A stretch of DNA of 64,000 bases, from contig CP129489.1 in NCBI GenBank assembly GCA_030584065.1, forward strand, positions 130,797 through 194,796. The letters run 5' to 3'. Below the pieces are notes generated by a model. That model was given only the letters and a program-made list of their open reading frames with translations. It searched no databases and was not told where the DNA came from. The DNA is from Flavobacteriales bacterium (GTDB lineage: Bacteria; Bacteroidota; Bacteroidia; Flavobacteriales_F; PHOS-HE28). Positions 17,668 through 26,116 of this stretch are shown piece by piece (the first letter of the stretch is position 1; each line of letters opens with the position of its first letter). A program made the translations under genes and the position numbers.

Positions 17668-19080
17668 ATGAGGCCCGCAGCCCGCATCGCCCTCGCCGTA
17701 CTGCTCCTCGCCGCACTGTCGCGCTACGTGGCCCTCAGCGCCTGGGTCCATCCCTTCGCCGATGACTTCAGTTACGCGGCCGTGGGCATGCGGACGGAGC
17801 TCCTGCCCAGGCTCTTGGACGAGTACCGGCATTGGAACGGGCGGTGGTTCTCCAACATCCTGGTGCTGCGCAGCCCGCTGGTGCTCGGCATCGATCCCGG
17901 CCTCGCCCTGTACCGCGGGGTGCCGCTCGTGCTGCTCGGCCTCACCTATGGCGGCCTCTGGGCATTGGTCGCTGCGTGCGGCACCGCCCTGCGCAGGGGC
18001 GACCAGGCGCTGCTCGCCGGGGGGCTGCTGCTGCTCTACCTCCACCTCATGCCCGACCTCTCCGAGGGCCTGTACTGGTACACTGGGGCGGTCAGCTACC
18101 TGCTGCCCGGAGCGCTGTCGTTGCTCGTGGCGGCGGCATGGATCCGCAGCGCGCGCCGTCATTGGCGGCTCGGCTGGGCAGCCACGGCTGCGGTTGGCCT
18201 GCTGGCGGTGGTCGCATCAGGATGCAGTGAGCTGCACATGATGGTCATGGCCGCGGGCCACGCTGCCCTGCTCGGCCTTGCCTGGCGGCGCCAGCGCGCG
18301 GTTCCGCTTCCGCTGGCCGCCGTGCTGCTCGCCGTGCTCGCTGCGGCCTTCCTCATGGCTGCGGCGCCGGGCAATGCGGTGCGCGGCGCCAACTTCCCGC
18401 TGCGGCATGATGCGTTGCGCACCGTGGGGTGGGCAGCGGTCCAGTCCATGCGGTTCGCGTTCACCTGGTTGTCGTCTCCGGCCCTGCTTGCCGCCTCTTT
18501 CATCTACCTGGCCGGCGGCGAGACCTTCCATGCCCGCATCGCCGGGGCATTCGGCCCGATCGGTATGAAGCCCTGGCGGCTGGCGGCCATCCTGGGATTG
18601 ACGCTGTTCGCTGCCATGGCCCTTCCATACTGGGCCACCGGGCTGCTCGGCCAGCACCGCACGGTGAATGCGGTGCTGCTCGTGCTGCTGCCCGGCTGGT
18701 TCCTCCTGCTCTCTGCGGTACGGGTCTCCCTGGTCGAACAGGGCAGGTGGCGGTGGGCGCCCTGGCCCTCACTCATGAAGCCCTTTGCCTTCGCCGTGCT
18801 GCTGTCGGCGGTGCTGTTCACCGGAAGCGGCGGGCGCGTGACCGGTGACCTGCTCTCGGGCCGGATGGCGCGGTTCGATGCCGCGCTGGTGGATCGCTAT
18901 GCGCGGATCATCGGTGCGCAGAAGGCCGGCGCACGGTCGATGACCCTGCCGGCCCTGGCCGATCAGCCGCGCTCGCTGCGCTACCTCGACGCGGGCAGTG
19001 ATGCGGAGGGCTGGATCAACCGGTCGCTGACGGGATGGCTGGGGGCCGGATCGCTGCGCATCATCGTGCCGGGTGACTGA
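17668..19080 (+). CDS. Polytopic membrane protein, candidate GT-C/GtrII-like periplasmic glycosyltransferase
   Basis: 470 aa, about 11 TM segments, early acidic motif HPFADDFSY, immediately downstream of the GtrB-like gene; family not verified. Confidence 0.65.
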   Translation: MRPAARIALAVLLLAALSRYVALSAWVHPFADDFSYAAVGMRTELLPRLLDEYRHWNGRWFSNILVLRSPLVLGIDPGLALYRGVPLVLLGLTYGGLWALVAACGTALRRGDQALLAGGLLLLYLHLMPDLSEGLYWYTGAVSYLLPGALSLLVAAAWIRSARRHWRLGWAATAAVGLLAVVASGCSELHMMVMAAGHAALLGLAWRRQRAVPLPLAAVLLAVLAAAFLMAAAPGNAVRGANFPLRHDALRTVGWAAVQSMRFAFTWLSSPALLAASFIYLAGGETFHARIAGAFGPIGMKPWRLAAILGLTLFAAMALPYWATGLLGQHRTVNAVLLVLLPGWFLLLSAVRVSLVEQGRWRWAPWPSLMKPFAFAVLLSAVLFTGSGGRVTGDLLSGRMARFDAALVDRYARIIGAQKAGARSMTLPALADQPRSLRYLDAGSDAEGWINRSLTGWLGAGSLRIIVPGD

Positions 19081-20708
19081 AGGACCATGGGCGGCGTGCC
19101 GAACAGCTCCTCGGAAAGCCGGGCATCATGCCCATACACATCATCCCTGAAATGCGGGCGTCCGGCCCGGTCCACCCAGGCGGTGAAGTAACCGATGCTC
19201 ACCGGGCGCTTCCTCTTGAGGCGCACGAACTGTTCCTTGCCGCTGTGCATGGCTTCCTTGATGCGCTTGGCGGTCCACGCCGTGTCATCCCGGAGCAGGT
19301 ATTCGGCCAGTCGCTGCGGCTCGCTGAGGCGGATGCAGCCATGGCTGAACGCGCGGCTCTCGCGGGCGAAGAAGCTCTTGCTCGGCGTGTCGTGCAGGTA
19401 GATGCTGTAGCTGTTCGGGAACAGGAATTTCACGCGCCCCAAGGCATTGGACGCCCCCGGGCGCTGACGGATGATGGGGTTCGATGCCGACCCGCCGATG
19501 ATCTCCATCCCTTTCTTCCGGAGGTAGTTCGGGTCCTTGGCCATGGCCGGCAGGATCTCGCCGCGCACGATGCTCGCGGGCGGCGTCCATGTGGGACTGA
19601 AGACGATGGTCGAGAGGGAGTCGCTGAAGATGACCGTGCGGGTCGCTGCCGTGCCAACCACCACAGCCATGCTCCAGGCGATGGTGTCCGCCTCATGCAC
19701 ATGCAGGCGGAACTCAGGGATGTTCACCAGCAACTGGTCAGGGGCGGTGCGCTCCGGCACCCAGCGCAGGCGCTCCATGTTCACCAGCAGCGTGCGCACG
19801 CGGTCGGCGGGCGCCACGTTGACCTGGGCGATGACGCCCTTGCCGATGACCCCGTCCGGATGAAGGCCATGCCGCTCCTGGAAACGCTTCACGGCCTCCA
19901 CCAGCAGGCTGTCGTAATCGGTGCTGAAGAGCAGCATGCTGTCGCCGGTTGAGCGGAAATCACCGAGCAGCATCAAGCGCAGCCGCAGTTCGGGCATCCA
20001 GTCCACCGCTTCGCCCGGCTCGATCTTCCGGCGGTCGCCGAGGCTGAGCTGCGGCCAGGGCAGGTCCTCAAGGTCGTGGTAGCGCTTGAGCTGCGCCTTG
20101 AGCAGCTTGTACTGGGGGTGCAGCGGCTCAACGGGGGAGAGGTCCATGCGGCCGGCCACGAGGGAGTCCAGCAGCCGGTCATAGTTCTTCTTCCGCCTCG
20201 GGATGAACCAATCGAGCTCGCGCGGGTCCTTGTCCACGGCGCCTCCGTACTTCTTCTCCGCGTACCGGAAGAACTCAGCGGTGAAGGCCAGCTCGAGCCG
20301 CAGCATGCAGCTGTCGCAGAGCCCGGCCTCGCGCCCCCGGCCCTGGTTCATGAGGTCGTCCAGCTTCGCCCGGATGTAGGCCAGCTCCCTGTAGGCGGTG
20401 TCGGGCTCGGTGACCAGGTAGCGGAAGGCCGCAGCGCCCTGCGAGAGGGTGTCGTTCACGAACCAGGCGAACTGGTGGCCGCGGCGCGCATAGAAGGCGG
20501 TGATGCCCGATGAGTCACGCTGGTACTCCGGGTGGTCGGCGAGGAAACGCACGATGAACAGCGGATCGAGCGTGCGTACGGAGTAGACGGCCCGTGTCTC
20601 GAACACGGAGTCGACGGCCTGCCCGGGGCCGTTGACCGCGGCATCGTCAACCGGATGCACGCAGGATGCCAAGAGGGCCAGGGTGCCCGCCATCAATGGG
20701 AAACGCAT
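18981..20708 (-). CDS. YcbB-type L,D-transpeptidase lipoprotein (PG-binding + YkuD domains)
   Basis: Start MRFPLMAGTLALLASC (lipobox); catalytic HGCIRLS; ORF extends upstream to 20759. Confidence 0.85.
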   Translation of the reverse strand: MRFPLMAGTLALLASCVHPVDDAAVNGPGQAVDSVFETRAVYSVRTLDPLFIVRFLADHPEYQRDSSGITAFYARRGHQFAWFVNDTLSQGAAAFRYLVTEPDTAYRELAYIRAKLDDLMNQGRGREAGLCDSCMLRLELAFTAEFFRYAEKKYGGAVDKDPRELDWFIPRRKKNYDRLLDSLVAGRMDLSPVEPLHPQYKLLKAQLKRYHDLEDLPWPQLSLGDRRKIEPGEAVDWMPELRLRLMLLGDFRSTGDSMLLFSTDYDSLLVEAVKRFQERHGLHPDGVIGKGVIAQVNVAPADRVRTLLVNMERLRWVPERTAPDQLLVNIPEFRLHVHEADTIAWSMAVVVGTAATRTVIFSDSLSTIVFSPTWTPPASIVRGEILPAMAKDPNYLRKKGMEIIGGSASNPIIRQRPGASNALGRVKFLFPNSYSIYLHDTPSKSFFARESRAFSHGCIRLSEPQRLAEYLLRDDTAWTAKRIKEAMHSGKEQFVRLKRKRPVSIGYFTAWVDRAGRPHFRDDVYGHDARLSEELFGTPPMVLQSPGTMMRSDPAPSHPVSDRLIQPSASLPASR

Positions 20709-20755
20709 GCGGACTGCGATGGAGGCAACGAAGGAAGGGATGGCCGGCCGGTGGC

Positions 20756-21391
20756 TCAACGTCCGTGGACGTAGAGATATCCACCATCCGCGAGCAGCTC
20801 GATCACGCGGGGCATGTCGTCACGGCTGACAGCCGGGCACCCCCAGCTGCGGCCAAGGCGTCCATGCCTGGCGATGAAGTCATCGCTGACGTAATCCGCG
20901 CCATGGATGATCACCTCACGGCTCTGCGCCTGGCAGTTCGAGCCCTTGTCCAGCCCATGGAGGAGTAGCGCTGCGCCATGCTTCGGGCTCACGATCTCGG
21001 CCCCCACGCGGTAGAGCCCCTTGCTGGTGGCATGGGAGCCCTCGCGATTGCTGAAGGTTGTGCACATCAGGTCGCCTGAACCCTGCCCGTGTGCCACATA
21101 AGTGCGCAGCACAAGTTCTTTCCGGTCCATGTCGATCACGACCAGCCGCTTCGCGGTGCTGGGCTGGGTCATGTCAGCGATGGCCAGCATGCGCGGCCTC
21201 ACGCCCCGTGCCGAAGCGCTGGCATAGCCTTTGGCGAAGGCCAGCTCATGCAGGCAGCCGTCAAGGCCGATTTCCGTGTAGAGGGCCCGCACCTCGTCCA
21301 CGGTGGGGGATTCCAAGGTGGCGGCGGGTGCGGGTGCGGCAGCGGGCAGCAGCCATAACAAAGGCAAAAGCAAAGCCACCGGAGCTCTCAT
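20756..21391 (-). CDS. YkuD_2-type murein L,D-transpeptidase catalytic-domain protein
   Basis: Start MRAPVALLLPLLWLLPAAA (signal peptide); HGADYV...GRSWGCPAV catalytic Cys motif. Confidence 0.8.
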   Translation of the reverse strand: MRAPVALLLPLLWLLPAAAPAPAATLESPTVDEVRALYTEIGLDGCLHELAFAKGYASASARGVRPRMLAIADMTQPSTAKRLVVIDMDRKELVLRTYVAHGQGSGDLMCTTFSNREGSHATSKGLYRVGAEIVSPKHGAALLLHGLDKGSNCQAQSREVIIHGADYVSDDFIARHGRLGRSWGCPAVSRDDMPRVIELLADGGYLYVHGR

Positions 21392-21537
21392 CCTTCTTCC
21401 TTGCAGGTTCGCCCTTCGTTGCTTCAACCGGCGAGGTTCCAGGTCACCGGTCGGGAAGGGTTCCGCGAATCTAACGGACAGGGCCATCCCCTGCTTGTAC
21501 GTTGGGGATCTTTAAGGGTTCAGCCTTGGAAAGCCGG

Positions 21538-22866
21538 TCAGCCGTTAAGCACCGCCTTGGCGTAGTTCGCCCAGCTCATGGTCTTCGTGGCCTCCACCAC
21601 GTTCTCACGGGGGATGGGCTTGTCGATGCTCGCGTTCATCACGCGCACCATGTCGGCGATGTCCTTTGGGGTGGCCAGGTAGCCGTTGAAGCCATTGGTG
21701 ATGGTCTCTGGGAAGTGTCCCACACGGGTGGCCACCGCGGGCAGCTTGAAGTTGTAGCTGAGGCTTTCCACGCCGCTGGGGGTGGCCGTCTCGTAGAAGA
21801 GCACGATGGTATCGGCCGCTTGGAAGTAGGGGGGCACTTCCTCGTTCGGGATGAAGCGGTCCACCACCAGCGTGCGGTCGCGGATACCGAGGCTGTCAAC
21901 TAGTGCCAGCGGATCGTAGTCGCGCTCGTCGTCCGCCTTCTTCAGGAAGAGCTTCTTCAGCGTGCCGAACACCGCGTTCTTCAATTTGGTGCTGAGCTTG
22001 GTCTGGTCCACCGTCTGCCAGAAGCGCTCGCCCACGATCATCAGGCTTACATCATCGCGCTGCTTCGCCAGTTCCGCGAAGGCCTCGATGCAGTAGTGCA
22101 GCCCCTTGTACTTGCGGATGAAGCCGAAGAAGAGGAACACATGCTTCCGCAGGCCGTGCTGCGCCTTCCACGCCTCCTTGTCGAACGCCGGGTCGGGTTT
22201 GAAAAGGGAGTAGATGGGGTGGTAGAGCTTGAGGATGGGGTGAATGGTCGTTGGTGATTGGTGAATGGGTCGGTCAACATGTCCAAGAGGTGTTTCACCA
22301 TTCGCCATTGACCATTCGCCATTCGCCCTCTTCCCGTCCAACGTCACCTTGAACTCCTTCTCCGGCATCAACGCCTTCAGCTCCTGCGCCGTCTTGTACG
22401 CATGCACGATGAAGCTGTGCCCGTGCTGCAGGGCCATGCGCGTGAGCCGCGCGTCCAGGCTGCTCTGCTCCTTGGCGGCCACGAAGTGCAGGTCGAAGAG
22501 GATCTCCGCGCTCGTATGCTTCCGCAGGTAGCTGGCGATGGTGTTGAGCGGGATGCCCTGTGTGGGGTTGTACCACTGCAGGATCACTTTGTCCGGCTTC
22601 AATTCAGCGATGGCCTTCGCGGTGCTCCACCAGGTGCGCGGATCGTTCCAGTTGGTGAGGTAGTGGACGGGGATGTCGTAGCCCTCCAGGAAGGTGCTGC
22701 GGCTGGCCTTGTCCACGAACTCACGCGGGATGATCGCGGGATACTGCTGCGTCCAGCTGACGATGGTGACCTGCGCGCCCTCATCCTTCAGCGCCCGCGC
22801 CAACGCCGTGTTGTACTGCACGATACCGCCCTTGAACTTGGGGCCTGGGCCGAAGCAGACGATCAT
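21538..22866 (-). CDS. GT4 (GT-B fold) glycosyltransferase
   Basis: 442 aa; C-terminal donor-site blocks (VVDRFIPNEEVPPYFQAADTIVLFY, PSGVESLSYNF); contains the repeat-derived segment ANGEWSMANGETPLGHVDRPIHQSPTTIHP. Confidence 0.85.
   Translation of the reverse strand: MIVCFGPGPKFKGGIVQYNTALARALKDEGAQVTIVSWTQQYPAIIPREFVDKASRSTFLEGYDIPVHYLTNWNDPRTWWSTAKAIAELKPDKVILQWYNPTQGIPLNTIASYLRKHTSAEILFDLHFVAAKEQSSLDARLTRMALQHGHSFIVHAYKTAQELKALMPEKEFKVTLDGKRANGEWSMANGETPLGHVDRPIHQSPTTIHPILKLYHPIYSLFKPDPAFDKEAWKAQHGLRKHVFLFFGFIRKYKGLHYCIEAFAELAKQRDDVSLMIVGERFWQTVDQTKLSTKLKNAVFGTLKKLFLKKADDERDYDPLALVDSLGIRDRTLVVDRFIPNEEVPPYFQAADTIVLFYETATPSGVESLSYNFKLPAVATRVGHFPETITNGFNGYLATPKDIADMVRVMNASIDKPIPRENVVEATKTMSWANYAKAVLNG
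22241..22325. repeat. Inverted heptamer arrays inside the GT4 coding sequence
   Basis: Left array TGAATGG TCGTTGG TGATTGG TGAATGG (22241-22268). Right array CCATTCG CCATTGA CCATTCG CCATTCG (22298-22325), the reverse complement of the CGAATGG type. 29-nt spacer. Confidence 0.8.
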
Positions 22867-22870
22867 CGAT

Positions 22871-23002
22871 CAGAAAATGAGATGATCAGATGATCAGAAA
22901 ATGGAATGCGCACCCATTGACAGCTCCGTGCGCTGACCTCGCCGATCGCACTACGCTCAATTATCTGATCATCTGATCGTCCGATCATCTGATCCGCATT
23001 TT
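22871..23002. repeat. MITE-like element: inverted octamer arrays flanking a 60-nt core
   Basis: Left array CAGAAAAT GAGATGAT CAGATGAT CAGAAAAT (22871-22902). Right array ATCTGATC ATCTGATC GTCCGATC ATCTGATC CGCATTTT (22963-23002). 14-nt perfect complementarity (GATCAGATGATCAG). A/T-rich by eye. Confidence 0.75.
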
Positions 23003-24022
23003 CGCCGCTTCATACACCCTCCGCATCCCTTCCTCGATGCTGATCTTGGCCTTCCAGCCTAGGTTCTGCTCCACCCAGGTCATGTCGCAGTAGCGGCTGT
23101 GCACGCCCACGGGCTTGTCCAGCAGCGGCTTGATGGTCGGCTTGTAGCCCGCGAAACCGGTGAAGACCTCGATGAGCTCCAGGAAGCTGGTAAGACGGCC
23201 CATGCCGATGTTGATGGCCCGGCCGTCGCTGATCTTGTCCATGGCCAGCAGGGTGAGGTCGAGCACGTCGTCGATGTGCACGAAGTCGCGGCCCTGTTTG
23301 CCGGTGCCCCACACCTCGAAGGGGTTCTCCTTCTTCGCCGCACGCGCCGCGATGGCCGGCACGGGGTAGGAGAGGTCCTGGTCCTCGCCGTAGCCGCTGA
23401 AGGGGCGGATGCAGGTGACGTGCACGCCGTAGTGGTTGGCCGCGATCTTGGCCAGGAACTCGCCTGTGAGCTTGCTCCAGCCGTAGGTCATGTCGGGCTC
23501 GCCCATCTTCTTGAAGTCAATGTCGGTCTCCTTCAGGCGCAGAGCGTGGGCCTCGGTCTGCAGGTCGATGGGGTAGGCGGCGCTGCTGCTGGGATAGAGG
23601 AAGCGGCGCGGCTTGTTGCGGCACACGTAGAGGAACATCTCCGCATCGATGCTCAGGTCCTGGGCCACCAGCATGGGGTCGCCGTCGATCTTGCTGCGAC
23701 CGCCCACGATGGCTGCGAAATGGAAGATGTCATCGAACAGGGCAATGCTGAGGCCGTATTGCTTGGCGAGCCACTGAGGGTCGGTGTTGAGGCCGCGCAG
23801 CACGTCGCGCAGGTCGGCATGGAGGAAGAGGAGCCGCTCGTCCTGCCCGTAGATCCTGAGGTTCTTGTGCTCGAAGCTCACGGGCAGCCCCAGCCACGCA
23901 TCCGGGTGGATGCCCACGCTGAGGTCATCGATGAAGAGGACGCGGGCACCTTGGGCGTGGAGCCGTTTGACCATGTTGCGGCCCACGAAGCCGCAGCCGC
24001 CGGTGACGAGATGGGTTGCCAT
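22985..24022 (-). CDS. NAD-dependent epimerase/dehydratase (SDR family)
   Basis: Start MATHLVTGGCGFVGRN (Rossmann GxxGxxG); YGWSK catalytic YxxxK; the ORF's 433 upstream codons are G/A/R/H-rich junk. Confidence 0.9.
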   Translation of the reverse strand: MATHLVTGGCGFVGRNMVKRLHAQGARVLFIDDLSVGIHPDAWLGLPVSFEHKNLRIYGQDERLLFLHADLRDVLRGLNTDPQWLAKQYGLSIALFDDIFHFAAIVGGRSKIDGDPMLVAQDLSIDAEMFLYVCRNKPRRFLYPSSSAAYPIDLQTEAHALRLKETDIDFKKMGEPDMTYGWSKLTGEFLAKIAANHYGVHVTCIRPFSGYGEDQDLSYPVPAIAARAAKKENPFEVWGTGKQGRDFVHIDDVLDLTLLAMDKISDGRAINIGMGRLTSFLELIEVFTGFAGYKPTIKPLLDKPVGVHSRYCDMTWVEQNLGWKAKISIEEGMRRVYEAAKMRIR

Positions 24023-24097
24023 GCGCGGCAAAGATGCGGCGGAGGCGCCGAGCCGGGCCATGAGGCGGGGGGCAGCACCGCGGGCTATCTTGCCGGC

Positions 24098-26104
24098 ATG
24101 CGCCGAAGCCCGCTCCGAGAGGCCCTGGAGGCCATCGCCGCGCATGATGGCGGTGAGTCGGAGCCGTTGGGCCATCTGGTGCGGGCATTGCGCCCCATCC
24201 GGTCGGAGCGGCTGGAGTCTGGCGTGCCCCGCTTCAAGGCGCTGCTGCAGCTGCTGGAGCACGATGGGCAGCTGCGCAACGGGCTCGCCGCATACCTCAT
24301 GCGGGTGCTCGGGCAGAAGGGCGTGGGGCGCACCCTCACGGATGCCGGTATGCCCAGCGGGGCCTTCTGGCACGAGCTGCGCCAGCGCCTCACCTACAAG
24401 CTGCTGCCGTACCAGCCCGAGCGGGAGTCGCTGGACCATGTACTGATCAACGTCTTCTTCCAAGAAGAGGATGCGCGCTGGGTCGCAGCCATACCGGACG
24501 AGGACATGATCAGGCTGCTGGATCTGCTCGGGGTGCCGGGCATCGATGCCCGCGACCGCCATGGCCTGCTCATGCAGGAGCTGCTCTTCGCCGCCAAGGT
24601 GCTTGGCCTGCGCATCGCAGGCCGTGCCTTCGACAGCGAGGTGCTCCGGATGGTGCCTGAGCACGCCAACTTCGAGAGCCCCTTCGTGCGGCTGGAGGAT
24701 GAGCTGGACCGGTATCTGGATGCGGTGCGGGCGGGGCATGCATCCCGCACCCGCTCCGACCCCGGCTTCCTGCCCGTGCGCGCGCTCATCGGCGAGTGCC
24801 ACGGCGCCATCGCGCAGGCCTACGCGAACAGCGCCACGCTCGGCATCACCTTCCGCGTGAACCAGCACCTGCTCACCATGGAGCGCATGCTGCAGCGGCT
24901 GCAGGAGATCCTCGACGCCATCGCGCTGCCCGATGGCATCGACGGCCGTGCGGCCTTCGCACGGCTGGTGAAGGCGCTGGTGCGGTACAACAGCGGGCGC
25001 ACCCAGGTAGGCGCATTCATCGCGGAGAGCACGCAGGCCGTGGCCCGCGAGGTGACTCAGCACACCGGCCGGAAAGGGGAGCATTACATCACCTCCACGC
25101 GCAGCGAGTACGCGGCCATGCTCCGGTCGGCCCTGGGCGGTGGCGCCATCGTGGCGGTGGCCTGCATGCTCAAGGCATGGTACGGCTCCCTGGAGGGCAG
25201 CCTGTTCTTCCACGCCTTCCTCTACAGCCTCAACTATGCGATGGCCTTCACCGCCATCTACCTGCTGCACCTCACGCTGGCCACCAAGCAGCCGGCCATG
25301 ACCGCGGCCACCATCGCGCAAGCGCTGGACGAGGGTCGGCGGGATGGGCAGGTGACCTACGATGCGCTCGCGGGCCTGGTGGAGCGGGTGTCACGCTCGC
25401 AGCTTATCGCCTTCGTCGGCAATGTCGCCATGGCCTTCCCGGTGGGCATGGCGCTCGCCTACGGCTGGAACGCCCTCTTCGGGCCGGAGCTGCTGGCCGG
25501 CAAGGCAGGCAAGATGCTGCAGGAGCTCGATCCCCTTGCATCGTTGGCCTTGCCCCATGCGGCAATCGCCGGCGTCTTCCTGTTCGTCAGCGGCCTCATC
25601 GCGGGTAGCGTCACCAATGCCAGCATCCACCGCAACGTTCCGCTCCGGATCCAGGAGCACCCCGTGCTCCGGCTCTTCCTGGGGGCGGAGTGGCGCAACC
25701 GCCTGGCCCGTGCCTACGAGCGGCATGCTGGCGGGGTGGTCAGCAACATCTGGTTCGGCATCTTCATGGGCTCCGTCGGCGCGGTGGGTGCCTTCCTGGG
25801 CCTGCCGCTCGACATCCGCCACATCACGTTCGCAGCGGGCAACATGGGGCTGGGCCTGGTCGGCATGGACTGGTCCGCGGGGGCGTACGCCGTGATCATG
25901 GGCGCCCTCGGCATCGTGCTCATCGGACTCTTCAATTTCCTGGTGAGCTTCAGCCTGTCGATCCTGCTGGCGCTCCGCTCACGGGGCATCCCCCTGGGTG
26001 AGCTGGTGCCCATCGCGCGTTCCGTCCGCGACCGGTTGAAGCGCCGCCCGCGGGCCTTCTTCTTTCCCCCTTCGGCAGGAGCGGCGGATCGTCCCGATGC
26101 CTGA
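24098..26104 (+). CDS. PF10136-type protein (annotated 'site-specific recombinase'); polytopic membrane protein of unproven function
   Basis: Start MRRSPLREALEAIAA...; soluble N-terminal half, then about 6 TM segments; no recognisable Tyr/Ser recombinase motifs. Confidence 0.7.
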   Translation: MRRSPLREALEAIAAHDGGESEPLGHLVRALRPIRSERLESGVPRFKALLQLLEHDGQLRNGLAAYLMRVLGQKGVGRTLTDAGMPSGAFWHELRQRLTYKLLPYQPERESLDHVLINVFFQEEDARWVAAIPDEDMIRLLDLLGVPGIDARDRHGLLMQELLFAAKVLGLRIAGRAFDSEVLRMVPEHANFESPFVRLEDELDRYLDAVRAGHASRTRSDPGFLPVRALIGECHGAIAQAYANSATLGITFRVNQHLLTMERMLQRLQEILDAIALPDGIDGRAAFARLVKALVRYNSGRTQVGAFIAESTQAVAREVTQHTGRKGEHYITSTRSEYAAMLRSALGGGAIVAVACMLKAWYGSLEGSLFFHAFLYSLNYAMAFTAIYLLHLTLATKQPAMTAATIAQALDEGRRDGQVTYDALAGLVERVSRSQLIAFVGNVAMAFPVGMALAYGWNALFGPELLAGKAGKMLQELDPLASLALPHAAIAGVFLFVSGLIAGSVTNASIHRNVPLRIQEHPVLRLFLGAEWRNRLARAYERHAGGVVSNIWFGIFMGSVGAVGAFLGLPLDIRHITFAAGNMGLGLVGMDWSAGAYAVIMGALGIVLIGLFNFLVSFSLSILLALRSRGIPLGELVPIARSVRDRLKRRPRAFFFPPSAGAADRPDA

Positions 26105-26116
26105 ACGCGCCAGGTG

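Noticed and set aside
22871-23002. CRISPR array
   Set aside because: The repeat units are only 7-8 nt and directly tandem, without spacers. No cas genes occur in the window.
24023-25321. 433-codon N-terminal extension of the epimerase ORF (22985..25321)
   Set aside because: The extension is junk-like and lies antisense to the well-formed PF10136-type gene. The Rossmann motif begins right after the Met at 24022.
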